DNA of 64,000 nucleotides from Pseudotabrizicola sp. (GCF_030656345.1 NZ_JAUSNR010000014.1:2179-66178); one strand, 5' to 3'. Positions 31,447 through 42,439 are shown, counted from the stretch's first letter. Program-made: numbers and translations. Notes: generated by a model not told the origin, from the sequence alone.

Positions 31447-31531
31447 ACCGTTCCCTACGCCGGCATGACCCGGATCAGGTTCGATGGGTTGGCTTTCGCC
31501 TCTCAGCCCCATGACAGGGCACCCCAACGGT
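31447..31531 (-). ncRNA. TPP riboswitch
   Basis: Minus strand reads ACCGTTGGGGTGCCC...GCTGAGA...ACCCATCGAACCTGATCCGGGTCATGCCGGCGTAGGGAACGGT; a downstream hairpin (31388-31417) pairs with the thiD Shine-Dalgarno. Confidence 0.95.
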
Positions 31532-31589
31532 TAAGGGGAAGGTAGAGGGAACGTGCCTGACTGGCAAGAGGGTCTGAAACCGCGCTGGC

Positions 31590-32201
31590 TCAGTTGATCC
31601 ACAGGCCCGAGACCACATGTACCGCCATCCCGATCAGCGCAAAGCCGACACAGGCGGATATCAGCTCTGATCGTGCGCCGATCGCGCGCGCAGCCATGCC
31701 AGAGGTTGCGGCAACGGCGATGACGGCCAGCCATCCCCCTGCGATCACAAAGATGGACAGGGCGACGGTCAGTACCGTGGCTGGTGCCCCCGCATTGATC
31801 AGGGTGGCAGAGGCGGACAGGACGAAAATGCCGGTAAACGGGTTGCAGATGGCGACGGTCATCCCGCGCAGAAACGGGTCGCCGCCGCGCCTTATATCCC
31901 CCACAAGCGGTGACACCTGTCCGGGAATGCCCTGAAACGCAAAGCAGATCAGTCCGCCACGGATCAGCAGGGCGGCAAACAACAGGCGCAGATAGGGTTG
32001 GGTGCTGTCATTCAGCGGCAGGTGCTGCCCTACAGCGAGAACAAGCGCGGCAAGGCTGGCCGCCCCTGCGCCGACCCCCAGCGCCGCCCGCAACGCATCG
32101 CCCCGCGTGCCGGTGGTGGCACAGTGCAGCACAGTCAGGAAATTCGGCCCCGGCGTGATGGTGATCAACGCATAGGCCAGTGCAAACGCAATCAATGACA
32201 T
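31590..32201 (-). CDS. LysE/RhtB family translocator
   Basis: ITPGPNF, FLRGMTVAICNP. Confidence 0.85.
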   Translation of the reverse strand: MSLIAFALAYALITITPGPNFLTVLHCATTGTRGDALRAALGVGAGAASLAALVLAVGQHLPLNDSTQPYLRLLFAALLIRGGLICFAFQGIPGQVSPLVGDIRRGGDPFLRGMTVAICNPFTGIFVLSASATLINAGAPATVLTVALSIFVIAGGWLAVIAVAATSGMAARAIGARSELISACVGFALIGMAVHVVSGLWIN

Positions 32202-32261
32202 GAACACAATCCGGAGCAAACAAAGTGCGACCGTCGCACGGGCTTGCCGGGGGGTCAGTCG

Positions 32262-33368
32262 TCATATGCCGGGGATCGTCGGTCCGGTATCGGGCGATGG
32301 CAGCCATGGCGCGCTTTTCAACAGCGCGACCAGCTCGCTTTGCTGATGGGTGACGGTTTTCTGGAACACCCGCTCCAGATAGGTGCGGGCGGTCTTGACC
32401 GTGATTCCCGCCTCGGCGGCCGCCTCTGCGAGGGTGCGTCCGGAAGAAAGGGCAGCGGCAAGCCGCGCCTCACTCAGGCTCAGGTCAAACAAGCCGCACA
32501 GCGCCTCGACCGAAGGGACCATCCGCGTCACTGCCAGCGGCGTCACCACCAGCATGATGTCGCCCCCTGGAAACAGCGCACGCGCCGTGCGGCGCAGGGG
32601 CAGCAGATGCAGCACCACAGGCCGCAGATTGCTGCCGTTGCGCAAGGGGATAGAGGCGGCGGCAGCCTCGGCCTGTACCGCGTTGAGGGCAACGGAAAGC
32701 CGATGGCTCTGGCGCGGCGCGACCAGCGTCACCTTGCCCTGCGGAGTTGCAAGGATCAGGTCATCCATGGCGCGCAGGGCAGCGTTCATTGCCACGATCT
32801 GACCGTCCGCCCGCAGCACCGCGGCCGGCAGGCCGATCTGGGTCATCGCCTCGACCCGCGCGCGGGCCAGTTCCAGCCCAAGCCGCGCCGCCATCATCCC
32901 GGCCCGTGCGAGGTGGGACAGATGGCTGTTCAGGATGTTCTGTGCGCGGGTTGAATGCGGCCCGTCAGCCAGACGACGCTCAAAGGTAAAGCAGGCGGTA
33001 TCGCCGGTCGGCAGCGGCAGGATGGCACCGATCTGATGGCCCAGCCCCAGACTGGCCAGCAGTTTGCGCGACGGATCGGCGACAAGGTCGGCCGGGTCGA
33101 AGACATCGATATCGCGCAGGAAACTCTGCCCCCGGGCGACCCAGCGTGCAGCACGCTCATGCGTTGCGGTGAAATCTGCTGCCTGCGCGTAGGCTGCAAA
33201 GGCACCCTGCACCTCAGCCGAGGCAGTCCAGCGCGGCGCATCGCCCCGGCGCACGACCTGCAGCACCCCGCCCAGCGATCCTGACGCTGCGGCAAGGTCG
33301 TTCAGCGTCGCCGGCCAGCATTCGGGCTGGAAGGCGGCCTCGTAAATGCGGTCCGTCACGTCCTGCAT
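32262..33368 (-). CDS. Sensor-domain protein with C-terminal LuxR-type HTH
   Basis: IYEAA...W N-terminus; FDLSLSEARLA...TARTYLERVFQKT...QSELV. Confidence 0.8.
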   Translation of the reverse strand: MQDVTDRIYEAAFQPECWPATLNDLAAASGSLGGVLQVVRRGDAPRWTASAEVQGAFAAYAQAADFTATHERAARWVARGQSFLRDIDVFDPADLVADPSRKLLASLGLGHQIGAILPLPTGDTACFTFERRLADGPHSTRAQNILNSHLSHLARAGMMAARLGLELARARVEAMTQIGLPAAVLRADGQIVAMNAALRAMDDLILATPQGKVTLVAPRQSHRLSVALNAVQAEAAAASIPLRNGSNLRPVVLHLLPLRRTARALFPGGDIMLVVTPLAVTRMVPSVEALCGLFDLSLSEARLAAALSSGRTLAEAAAEAGITVKTARTYLERVFQKTVTHQQSELVALLKSAPWLPSPDTGPTIPGI

Positions 33369-33560
33369 CTGGAACCCGGGTTGCAACCTGAGCCTGAATC
33401 TACAGTGCGAAGGCCCTGACCGCCAGCGTGCTGACGGAAGGCGGCGGAGCCACGCTTACCTCCAAAGCCTTTGCTCCCGCGGTCCGGCAGGAAGCACTGA
33501 ACTTGGCGTTGAATATGACAAGGCTGTGCTGGCCGCGACGCGCGCGGTTTCTCAGGCAGT

Positions 33561-33585
33561 GGAACCAATCCATCTTCTCTTTGTT
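33561..33585 (+). promoter_or_regulatory. EcfG/RpoE2-type promoter motif
   Basis: GGAAC-N16-TGTT. Confidence 0.55.
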
Positions 33586-33856
33586 GATCCGGCAGAATGG
33601 CGAAACTGAAATCTGATCGCAGCATGCCGAAAGGCAAGAGATGAGAGACGAACCGGCACCCAACGACGCGCTGTCCGGTCTTGCGGGCGGTGCCATCAAT
33701 CAGGCAGTCCATGCGACAGCCTGAGCTATCGAAAGCCAATATGCTCCCTGTCCCTTGGCTTTCGATAGCGGGTGGTTTCGCGCACAGCGGAACCACCCAC
33801 ATCGCGCGGTTTGACCTGTGATTGGGGAAAATCCCGGAGCAGAAACGGAGACCAGT

Positions 33857-34174
33857 ATGGCTGATCACACTGAAGACACGACCAAAGCGGAAATGCCGAT
33901 GGGCGACACCAATGTGCTGTCGATGGAAGCCGTCGAGGGCCGTCTGCTGGCGCAGCGCAAGGTGCTGGCGCAGATCCTTGCCCATATGCTGCAGCAAGAG
34001 GGTGGCCGCGATCTGGAAGAGGTTCTGGATTCGCTGTCCGTGATGCAAGATCAGCAGGAAGATCCGGGGGCGGTGCCGGACAGTGCGGATCTGATTCAGG
34101 GCACGATTGCCAGTGAAATCCGCGAAACCGTGCTTGCCGCCGCACGTGCGCGGTCAATGATGGCAAAATGCTGA
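33857..34174 (+). CDS. Hypothetical acidic protein
   Basis: 105 aa ORF with GGAG RBS; EGRLLAQR...QEDPGAVP. Confidence 0.65.
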   Translation: MADHTEDTTKAEMPMGDTNVLSMEAVEGRLLAQRKVLAQILAHMLQQEGGRDLEEVLDSLSVMQDQQEDPGAVPDSADLIQGTIASEIRETVLAAARARSMMAKC

Positions 34175-34285
34175 CGTTTGGCGCTGGATGCAGATCTGCC
34201 ATATCGCAGCCAGATGCCCCGGCATAAGGCCGAACAAAGACTGGACAGCGCACCAGTCGCAGTCTGAACCCCTCCTGCAGAAGAG

Positions 34286-34975
34286 ATGACGATGGATCAG
34301 CCTGTGGTTGCGTTTGACTGGATGCGCATGTTCATGGGCGACGAGCCGCCGCTGTTTCTTCTGGAAATCGTATTCCGCATCGCCGTCATCTGGCTGTGGA
34401 CCCTGGTGCTTTTGCGCTGGATCGGCGGGCGCAGTGTGGCGCAGCTGTCGCTGACCGAATTCCTGCTGGTGATTGCGCTGGGTTCAGCGGTCGGGGATTC
34501 GCTGTTCTATCCGGATGTACCGCTGATTCACGCCATGCTGGTAGTGCTTGGGATTGTCTGCCTCGACAAGTTAGTTGACGTGGTCATCCGGCGTTGGACC
34601 AAGGCCAAGGCGGTGATCGACGGCGTGCCGAACGAGGTGCTGCGTGACGGCCATATCCGGGGCGATGGTCTGAGCGTCAACAAGATCAGCGGGTACGAGT
34701 TGCTGGAGATGTTGCGCCTCAAGGGCGTCATGAATCTGGCGTCGGTCAGCCACGCCTATATCGAGCCTTCGGGCCAGCTGTCAGCCTTTCCGGCAAGATC
34801 GCCGGGATTGGGCCTTGCGATTGTGCCACCGCCGGAACTGGGCACGCCGCCGCCCGGTGACGGGCCGAACTGCTGTTGCGGCTGCGGGTTGCTGCGCGAC
34901 GATCCCGGCAGATGCCCTGCCTGCGGTTCTTTGCGCCAGACGCCTGCGATGCAGGCCGAGGAATGGCGGCCATGA
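34286..34975 (+). CDS. DUF421/YetF family membrane protein with Cys-rich tail
   Basis: GGRSVAQLS...IALGSAVGD, IEPSGQLS, C-terminal CCCGC...CPACG. Confidence 0.85.
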   Translation: MTMDQPVVAFDWMRMFMGDEPPLFLLEIVFRIAVIWLWTLVLLRWIGGRSVAQLSLTEFLLVIALGSAVGDSLFYPDVPLIHAMLVVLGIVCLDKLVDVVIRRWTKAKAVIDGVPNEVLRDGHIRGDGLSVNKISGYELLEMLRLKGVMNLASVSHAYIEPSGQLSAFPARSPGLGLAIVPPPELGTPPPGDGPNCCCGCGLLRDDPGRCPACGSLRQTPAMQAEEWRP

Positions 34976-35017
34976 CCGGGGGCCGCAGACCCGCAGGGCA
35001 TTTTATGCCGACCCGAT

Positions 35018-35043
35018 GGAACGACACAGCCTTCATCACCGTT
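35018..35043 (+). promoter_or_regulatory. EcfG/RpoE2-type promoter motif
   Basis: GGAAC-N17-CGTT, 8 nt before ATG 35052. Confidence 0.6.
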
Positions 35044-35051
35044 GGTTGGAG

Positions 35052-36437
35052 ATGAGCAAAGCGCCCCAACTGCACCAGAAGCCGGAAAAATTCATCCGCA
35101 CGGCTGACCATCCGGCCGTGGTGCTGTTGCATGCCGGGTTCTGGCTGACGGCAGGTTTCGCGGTGATCGCCCTGCCGTTCTTTGTGCTGCTGACCGGCGA
35201 TTTCCGCCCGCCCCCGATAGGTGTGCTGTGGGATTTCTCGATGGGATGCGGCTTTGCGGCGCTGTCACTGACCGCGATCCAGTTCGCCTTGACCGGACGG
35301 ATCAGGGTGCTGACAAGCCCGTTCGGGGCCGATATCGTCTATGTTTTTCACAGGTTTCTCAGCTGGGGCGCGGTTGCGTTGATGTTTGCGCATTTTGGCG
35401 TGCTCTATTTTTGGTACGAACCCGCGCTTGGCGTGCTCAACCCGCTGAAGGCCCGCTGGGAGCTGACCCTGGGGCGACTGGCGCTGCTGTGCTTCGCGGC
35501 GCTGATTGTCACCTCGGAGCTGAGGAAACGGGTCAAACTGGACTATCACTGGTGGCGGGTCATTCACGTCTCGCTTGCCGTGATCGGTTTTGCGGCGGCG
35601 GTGGCGCATGTGCTGGGAGTGGGCAAATACAGCGCGATGGAGGATACGCGCAGCCTGTGGATCGGCGTCACGGTTGTCTGGGTTGGTTTCATCCTGTGGT
35701 CGCGGCTGGTGCGGCCCTTGGTGCAGACCTTCAATCCCTGGCGGGTGGTCTCGAACGAAGACGAGGGCGGCGGCGTCCACACACTGACACTGCGGCCCGA
35801 AGGCCGACCGCTGACGGCCTGGCGACCGGGGCAGTTTGCCTGGCTGTCGATCGGGCATTCGCCGTGGTCGATGAAGGAACATCCGTTCACCATTTCCACC
35901 GCGCCGGACCGGGGACCCCAGATTTCAGTCTCGATCAAGGCGCTTGGAGACGATTCCGGGCGGCTGATCAAAACCCAGCCCGGCGCGGTTGCCTATGTTG
36001 ACGGCCCGTTCGGCACGTTCTCGATAGACCGCGAAGCCGCAGCCGAAGGGTTTGTCATGGTCGCCGGCGGGGTCGGAATCACCCCGGTAATTGCCAATCT
36101 GCACGCCTTGCAATCGCGCAAGGACCCGCGCCCGGTTATCCTGATCTATGCCAATGCAACGCTGGACGTGGTGGCCTTTCGCGACGAGCTGGACAGGATT
36201 GCGCAGGATATCGACCTGACCATCGTGCATGTCCTTGAAGAGGTACCCGATGGGTGGACCGGCGAGACCGGCCGGATCGACGAGGCTGTGTTGGAACGCC
36301 ATCTGCCGGATCGGTCCCGCAGCTGGCCGCATATGCTTTGCGGTCCGGCACCGATGACCGGAGCGGTGATCAAGGCATTGCGCAAGATGGGCGTTTCCGC
36401 GCGACAGATCGACCTCGAAGTCTTTGATATGGTGTAA
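35052..36437 (+). CDS. Ferric reductase-like transmembrane FAD/NAD(P) oxidoreductase
   Basis: Transmembrane His pairs, EHPFTIS, DGPFG, AGGVGITP, LCGP. Confidence 0.85.
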   Translation: MSKAPQLHQKPEKFIRTADHPAVVLLHAGFWLTAGFAVIALPFFVLLTGDFRPPPIGVLWDFSMGCGFAALSLTAIQFALTGRIRVLTSPFGADIVYVFHRFLSWGAVALMFAHFGVLYFWYEPALGVLNPLKARWELTLGRLALLCFAALIVTSELRKRVKLDYHWWRVIHVSLAVIGFAAAVAHVLGVGKYSAMEDTRSLWIGVTVVWVGFILWSRLVRPLVQTFNPWRVVSNEDEGGGVHTLTLRPEGRPLTAWRPGQFAWLSIGHSPWSMKEHPFTISTAPDRGPQISVSIKALGDDSGRLIKTQPGAVAYVDGPFGTFSIDREAAAEGFVMVAGGVGITPVIANLHALQSRKDPRPVILIYANATLDVVAFRDELDRIAQDIDLTIVHVLEEVPDGWTGETGRIDEAVLERHLPDRSRSWPHMLCGPAPMTGAVIKALRKMGVSARQIDLEVFDMV

Positions 36438-36587
36438 CCTCATGCGTCAGACCTACGCCCGCCTGCTTGCCGCCTGCGTGATCGCCTTTGCCTTTGCGCT
36501 CGCGCTTGGATTTGCCCTCTCTGTGAACGGCTGACCCTTTTTGGGGCGGATTGATGGCGCTGCCGCGCCTGCACAAAGCCGTGCAAG

Positions 36588-36612
36588 GGAACAAAACGGC
36601 GCAAACGGTGTT
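36588..36612 (+). promoter_or_regulatory. EcfG/RpoE2-type promoter motif
   Basis: GGAAC-N16-TGTT upstream of the DUF2231 gene. Confidence 0.65.
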
Positions 36613-36645
36613 TGTTTTCGACAGCGCCTGCGAAAGGACCCAAAC

Positions 36646-37077
36646 ATGACCCCGATCTACGCCCGCCAAAGCGGCGTTGTCTATCTTCCGCTGCCGGGGC
36701 TGAATGCACTCAGCTATTTTGCGGCGGCGTTTTTCGCGCTGACGCTGCTTACGGATATTGCCTATATTCAGACGACTGTCCTGATGTGGAAAGATTTTTC
36801 GTCCTGGCTTTTGTTTTTCGGGCTGATCGCGGGCGGCATCGCCTGTGTGCTTTGGCTGATCGATCTTGCCGTTCACCGGCATCGGCCGATGGGCGCCATC
36901 GTGTTTCTGAACCTTGCCGTTCTGGTCTGTGCCGTGGTCAACAGCCTGCTGCACGCTGGTGATGGCTGGACGGCAATTGTGCCTTGGGGTGTCGGCCTTT
37001 CGGCACTGACCTGTCTGTTGATGCTTGGCTCGGCTGTCCTGCGACGCCGTGCCATCCTGCATCGCCCGTATATCTGA
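36646..37077 (+). CDS. DUF2231-like membrane protein
   Basis: LLTDIAY...MWKDFSSWLL...NSLLHAGDGWTAIVPWG. Confidence 0.7.
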   Translation: MTPIYARQSGVVYLPLPGLNALSYFAAAFFALTLLTDIAYIQTTVLMWKDFSSWLLFFGLIAGGIACVLWLIDLAVHRHRPMGAIVFLNLAVLVCAVVNSLLHAGDGWTAIVPWGVGLSALTCLLMLGSAVLRRRAILHRPYI

Positions 37078-37116
37078 CCACGCCCCTTTCTCCGCGCCGA
37101 ACAAGGACGACACCTG

Positions 37117-38661
37117 ATGACACCAACGGCCCATGTCCCGTATCAGACGCTGAAACTATGCGGCAAAGCGGCACTGCTTGTGTTCACCCTGCCGCTTGCG
37201 GGCTTTGCCCAGACGTCAGATGGCGAATTCGACATCACCCGCCAGATCGGTCCCGACCCGTATCTGCCGGAACCGCAATACGTCAATCTGCTCGCCACCG
37301 TGAAGGTGGCCGAAGTGGTCGGTTGGGCCGAAGGTCAGACTCCGACTGTGCCCGAAGGCCTGACCATTGCCGCCTATGCCACCGATCTTGTCAATCCGCG
37401 CACGGTTCACACCCTGCCCAATGGCGATGTGCTGGTGGTTCAGTCGCGCGCACCGGAAGACAAGCCGCGCTTTCGTCCGAAAGACTATATCCGCGATTGG
37501 GTGATGGGATTTGCCGCTGGCGGTGGCGGGCCGGATCGTGACACCAATCTGATCACCTTGCTGCGCGACACGGATCGTGACGGCGTGGTCGATGAACGCC
37601 ATGATCTGCTGACCGGGCTGCATTCGCCCTTCGGCCTCGCCTGGATTGACGATACGCTTTATGTCGCGGCGGCGGATGGCGTGGAAAGCTATCCCTATGC
37701 GCTTGGCGAGAACACCATCACCGCTGCGCCAACTGTCCTGACCCCCCTGCCCGGCGGTCCGCTGAACCATCACTGGACCAAGGATCTGGCACTCAGCCCG
37801 GATGGCACGATGCTGTATGCGTCGGTCGGATCAAACTCGAATGCCGCCGAAAACGGGATGGAGGCTGAAAAGGGCCGCGCCGCGATCTGGGAGATTGACC
37901 GCGCCACTGGTGCCGCGCGGATCTACGCCTCGGGCCTGCGCAACCCCAACGGGCTGACCTTCAACCCCGACTCCGGGATGTTGTGGGCGGTGATCAATGA
38001 ACGTGATGAGCTTGGCCCCGATCTGGTCCCCGATTACATGACCTCGGTGCAGGACGGTGCATTCTACGGCTGGCCCTACAGCTATTTCGGCAACCATGTC
38101 GACGCGCGTGTGCGCCCCGCCCGGCCCGATCTGGTGGAAACGGCAATTGCGCCCGACTACGCTCTGTCCAGCCATGTGGCGGCGCTGGGTCTTGTGTTCA
38201 CCAACGGCGCGGCGATGCCGGAAGCCTATGCCAACGGTGCCTTTGTCGGTCAGCGCGGCAGCTGGAACCGTGATACCTTCAACGGCTACAAAGTGTCTTA
38301 CGTGCCCTTTGCCAATGGCGTGCCCAATGGCATGGCGCAGGATGTGGTGACCGGGTTTTTGCAGGATGATCAGGCCCGTGGCCGCCCGGTGGGCCTTGGC
38401 ATCGACGGCACCGGCGCGCTGCTGATCGCCGATGATGCCGGCAACACCGTCTGGCGGGTCGCAGCGGCGGACGGAAGCATCACTGACGCCCCCGTCGACA
38501 GCGACCGGGTTCAGGCGGCGGGTGCAGCTGTGCCGCCCACGGCAGAACCAGACACGGGCGCGCCCGCAGAGGCCACCGAAGACGATCCGATCCCCGACGA
38601 TACCGCCGCGCCCGGCACAGAAACCCCGCCTGAAGAACCAGCCCCGATCCCGCAAGACTGA
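37117..38661 (+). CDS. PQQ-dependent sugar/sorbosone dehydrogenase family protein
   Basis: NHHWTK, GSNSN, GLRNPNG, NERDELG, YGWPY; acidic Pro-rich tail. Confidence 0.88.
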   Translation: MTPTAHVPYQTLKLCGKAALLVFTLPLAGFAQTSDGEFDITRQIGPDPYLPEPQYVNLLATVKVAEVVGWAEGQTPTVPEGLTIAAYATDLVNPRTVHTLPNGDVLVVQSRAPEDKPRFRPKDYIRDWVMGFAAGGGGPDRDTNLITLLRDTDRDGVVDERHDLLTGLHSPFGLAWIDDTLYVAAADGVESYPYALGENTITAAPTVLTPLPGGPLNHHWTKDLALSPDGTMLYASVGSNSNAAENGMEAEKGRAAIWEIDRATGAARIYASGLRNPNGLTFNPDSGMLWAVINERDELGPDLVPDYMTSVQDGAFYGWPYSYFGNHVDARVRPARPDLVETAIAPDYALSSHVAALGLVFTNGAAMPEAYANGAFVGQRGSWNRDTFNGYKVSYVPFANGVPNGMAQDVVTGFLQDDQARGRPVGLGIDGTGALLIADDAGNTVWRVAAADGSITDAPVDSDRVQAAGAAVPPTAEPDTGAPAEATEDDPIPDDTAAPGTETPPEEPAPIPQD

Positions 38662-38752
38662 CGTTTCGAAGCCTTCCTTTCAGCGCCCAGCCGACGCGGC
38701 CCCAATCGCCCGCCAACGCCTGTCCAGCCCGTAGCCAGACCCATGAGGCCCC

Positions 38753-39268
38753 ATGCAGATCTCTCTCCTCGTCAACGGCACCTCGCACCAGCTGACGCTT
38801 GATCCGCGCACCACTCTTCTGGATGCGCTCAGGCACCATCTGGGGCTGACCGGCACCAAAAAGGGCTGCGATCATGGCCAGTGCGGGGCCTGTACGGTGC
38901 TGGTCGATGGCCGCCGGATCAATTCATGCCTGACGCTGGCCTGCATGGTGCAGGATCAGCCGGTCACCACCATTGAAGATCTGGGCACGCCCGAGGCGCT
39001 GTCGCCGCTGCAACAGCAGTTTCTGGACCATGACGGCTTTCAATGCGGTTATTGCACGCCGGGCCAGATCTGTTCGGCCACCGCCATGCTGAAGGAAATC
39101 GACGCAGGTTGGCCCAGCCATGCCAGTAAGGATCTGACCGGCCCGATGATGCTGACCCATGCCGAAATTGCCGAACGGATGAGCGGCAATCTGTGCCGCT
39201 GCGCTGCGTACGCCAACATCGTCGACGCCATTCGCCAAGCTGCGGAACAGCAGGGGGACGCGGCATGA
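38753..39268 (+). CDS. paoA: Aldehyde oxidoreductase 2Fe-2S subunit (PaoA/YagT-like)
   Basis: [23 protein letters not shown]; no Tat leader. Confidence 0.9.
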   Translation: MQISLLVNGTSHQLTLDPRTTLLDALRHHLGLTGTKKGCDHGQCGACTVLVDGRRINSCLTLACMVQDQPVTTIEDLGTPEALSPLQQQFLDHDGFQCGYCTPGQICSATAMLKEIDAGWPSHASKDLTGPMMLTHAEIAERMSGNLCRCAAYANIVDAIRQAAEQQGDAA

Positions 39269-40233
39269 AACCCTTTACCTACCACCGTGCGCAGTGGCTG
39301 GCAGACCGGCCTGCCGGTGCCACGATCATCGCCGGGGGGACCAATCTGCTGGACCTGATGAAGCACGAGGTCATGATGCCAGAGGCGCTGGTCGACATCA
39401 CCGCGACGGGTCTGGACAAGATTGAGCCAGAAGGCGATGGGCTGCGCATCGGGGCTTTGGTGAGAAACAGCGATCTGGCCGCCGATCCGGGGGTCCGCCG
39501 CGATTATCCGCTGCTGTCACGCGCCATCCTGGCCGGGGCGAGCGGACAGTTGCGTAATATGGCGACCACAGGCGGCAATCTGATGCAACGCACCCGCTGC
39601 CCGTATTTCTACGACCGCCGTATGCCCTGCAACAAGCGCAACCCCGGCACGGGCTGCGCCGCCATTGGCGGGATCAACCGCAATCATGCCATTCTGGGTG
39701 CCTCGTCTGCCTGCATCGCCACCTATCCCGGCGACATGGCTGTTGCCCTGCGCGCGCTGGATGCGGCGGTCGAGATTGACGGCCCAAATCCCCGCCGGGT
39801 GCCGCTCGCAGACTTCCACCTGCTGCCCGGCGACACGCCGGATGTGGAAACGGTTCTGGCCGAGGACGAGATTATCACCGCCGTTATTCTGCCCGCGCCA
39901 ACCGGAGGGCAGCAACGCTACCGCAAGGTGCGCGACCGCGCGTCATATGCCTTTGCGCTGGTGTCGGTGGCGGCGATTGTCACCATGGAAGACACGCATA
40001 TTGCCAGCGCCGCACTGGCCTTTGGCGGCGTCGCCGCAAAGCCGTGGCGCGATGCGGGGGCCGAGGCTTTGTTGACCGGCAAGCAACCGTCAGACGCACT
40101 GTTCGGACAAGCTGCCGATCTGATCCTGCAACAGGCCGAAGGCCATGGCGGCAATGATTTCAAGATCCCGCTGCTGCGCCGCACCCTGATTGCCACCCTG
40201 CGCGACGCCACCGGCCTGGAGGCCGCAACATGA
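39265..40233 (+). CDS. paoB: Aldehyde oxidoreductase FAD subunit (PaoB/YagS-like)
   Basis: [28 protein letters not shown]...CNKR...[13 protein letters not shown]. Confidence 0.9.
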   Translation: MKPFTYHRAQWLADRPAGATIIAGGTNLLDLMKHEVMMPEALVDITATGLDKIEPEGDGLRIGALVRNSDLAADPGVRRDYPLLSRAILAGASGQLRNMATTGGNLMQRTRCPYFYDRRMPCNKRNPGTGCAAIGGINRNHAILGASSACIATYPGDMAVALRALDAAVEIDGPNPRRVPLADFHLLPGDTPDVETVLAEDEIITAVILPAPTGGQQRYRKVRDRASYAFALVSVAAIVTMEDTHIASAALAFGGVAAKPWRDAGAEALLTGKQPSDALFGQAADLILQQAEGHGGNDFKIPLLRRTLIATLRDATGLEAAT

Positions 40234-42404
40234 CCCGCCACCTGAAGGTAGATGCCCCGATCCCCGACAGCCCGCTCGACCATATGGCGCAGGGTGTGCT
40301 GGGCAAACCCGTCAACCGGCTGGAGGGGCCGCTGAAAGTCACCGGGCGCGCCACCTATGCCGCCGAGGCGCGGCCGGAAGGGATGCTGTACGGCGTGCTG
40401 GTGCAGGCCGCGATCCCGGCGGGTAAGGTGATCAGTATCGGCGAGGCCCCCGGCGGGCTGGCGGTGATCCACGATCCGCGCCTGATCCGCTATGCCGCGC
40501 AGGGTATGGCCAGCGAAGGCCCCACGGCGGGGCCGGATCAGGTGGAATACATGGGACAAGCCATCGCCGTCGTGGTGGCCGAAAGTTTTGAGGCCGCGCG
40601 GGCGGCAGCACAGGCGCTGGACATCACCTATGAGCCCAGCGATGTGCCGGTTGACCCCGAAGCGGTCGAACCGGAGCGGCCAAAGGAAAAGCAATCCGCC
40701 ACCGGCGATCTGGACCGCGCGATGCGCGATGCGGCGCATTGCATCGATCAGGTCTGGCATACCCCGTCGCATACCTCTGCCGCGATGGAACCCCATGCCG
40801 CCATCGCCGAATGGTCGGGTGATCATCTGACCGTGCGGGCGGGGTATCAGATGCTGGCGTCCAGCCGCGAGCAACTGGCCGATGCGCTGGGGATCGAACC
40901 CGGTCAGGTGCGGGTGCTGGCCCCCTATGTCGGCGGCGGCTTCGGGTCGAAACTGGGGATCAACGCCGACTCTGTTGCCGCAGCAATTGCCGCGCAGCAG
41001 CTGGGGCGGCCGGTTCAGGTCGTCATGTCACGCCAGCAAGTGTTCGATCTGGCGCACCGCCGGTCGGAAACCCGCCAGCGCATCCGGCTGGCTTGCGACG
41101 CCAAAGGGAAACTGACCGGCATCGGGCATGATGCGCTGGTGTCCAATCTGCCCGGCGTCAGCTTTTCCGAGCCGGTCACGCAGGCCACGCCCTTTACCTA
41201 TCAGGCCGCACACCGGCAGATCGGCCATGCCATCGCCCGCATTCACCGCAGCTGCGCCGGGTCGGTCCGCGCCCCCGGTGAGGCGGTTGGGGCGACGGTG
41301 TTCGAATGCGCGATGGACGAGCTTGCCGAAGTGGCAGGAATCGACCCGGTAGAGCTGCGCCTGCTCAACATTCCCGAAACCGAACCCGGCACCAACCGCC
41401 CGTTTTCCAGCCACAAACTGGCCGAGGCATTGCGCGAAGGTGCGAGCCGCTTTGGCTGGTCCGACCGACGCCCGACGCGGCAGCGTCTTGAGGGGGAATG
41501 GTACATCGGCATGGGCGTTGCGTCTGCAGTGCGGGTGAATTCGCTGATCGAGTCCCGCGCCCGTGTCACCCTGCGTGCCGACGGTCACGCCGTGGTGGAA
41601 ACCGATATGACCGATATCGGCACCGGCAGCTATACCATCCTTGGCCAGATTGCCGCCGAGACGCTGGGGGTGCCGGTGGACCGGGTGGCGGTCAGGCTGG
41701 GCGATTCCGAGCTTCCCGCCTCATCCGGGTCTGGCGGGTCATTTGGGGCGGCGTCCAGCGGCACCTCAGTCTATCTGGCCTGCGCAGAAATCCGCAGCCA
41801 GATTGCGGCGCTGATGGGGTGTGACGAGGCCGATCTCACCCTGCACAACGGTGAGGCCCGCGCCGGCAATGTCGCACACCAGCTGGACGCGTTGCTGCAG
41901 GATGACCTGCAAGGCGATGGTCATCTTGAACCCGGCAAGACCGAAGATACCGTGCGGCAGGCCACATGGGGCAGCCATTGGGCCGAAGTCGCGGTGAACC
42001 GCTGGACCGGCGAGGTCCGGGTCCGCCGGATGCTGGGTGTGTTTGCCTGCGGCCGGGTGCTCAATGAAAAGACCGCCCGCTCGCAATGTCTGGGCGGCAT
42101 GAGCTTTGGCCTTGGCATGGCGCTGACCGAAGTGATCGAGCATGACCCGCGCGATGGCCATATGGTCACACGCGATCTGGCCGAATATCACATCCCCTGC
42201 CACGCCGATGTTCCGCCGCTGGAGGTTCATTTTCTGGCTGAAAGCGACACCTTTGTCGGCCCGCTGCATGCCAAGGGTCTGGGCGAGCTGGGCATCTGCG
42301 GAGCCGGGGCGGCGATCCTCAACGCCATTCACAATGCCTGCGGTGTCCGGGTGCGCAATCTGCCTGCGACGCCTGACAAGATCATTGCCGACATGGAGGT
42401 CTGA
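40230..42404 (+). CDS. paoC: Aldehyde oxidoreductase molybdopterin subunit (PaoC/YagR-like)
   Basis: [29 protein letters not shown]. Confidence 0.9.
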   Translation: MTRHLKVDAPIPDSPLDHMAQGVLGKPVNRLEGPLKVTGRATYAAEARPEGMLYGVLVQAAIPAGKVISIGEAPGGLAVIHDPRLIRYAAQGMASEGPTAGPDQVEYMGQAIAVVVAESFEAARAAAQALDITYEPSDVPVDPEAVEPERPKEKQSATGDLDRAMRDAAHCIDQVWHTPSHTSAAMEPHAAIAEWSGDHLTVRAGYQMLASSREQLADALGIEPGQVRVLAPYVGGGFGSKLGINADSVAAAIAAQQLGRPVQVVMSRQQVFDLAHRRSETRQRIRLACDAKGKLTGIGHDALVSNLPGVSFSEPVTQATPFTYQAAHRQIGHAIARIHRSCAGSVRAPGEAVGATVFECAMDELAEVAGIDPVELRLLNIPETEPGTNRPFSSHKLAEALREGASRFGWSDRRPTRQRLEGEWYIGMGVASAVRVNSLIESRARVTLRADGHAVVETDMTDIGTGSYTILGQIAAETLGVPVDRVAVRLGDSELPASSGSGGSFGAASSGTSVYLACAEIRSQIAALMGCDEADLTLHNGEARAGNVAHQLDALLQDDLQGDGHLEPGKTEDTVRQATWGSHWAEVAVNRWTGEVRVRRMLGVFACGRVLNEKTARSQCLGGMSFGLGMALTEVIEHDPRDGHMVTRDLAEYHIPCHADVPPLEVHFLAESDTFVGPLHAKGLGELGICGAGAAILNAIHNACGVRVRNLPATPDKIIADMEV

Positions 42405-42439
42405 CACATCGCCGCCCCGCCGTTGCCGTCGCGCAAAGC

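Noticed and set aside
33789-33812. GGAAC...GGTTT upstream of the 33857 gene
   Set aside because: The spacer is 14-15 nt rather than 16-17, so it was not counted as an EcfG motif, though it could be a weak variant.
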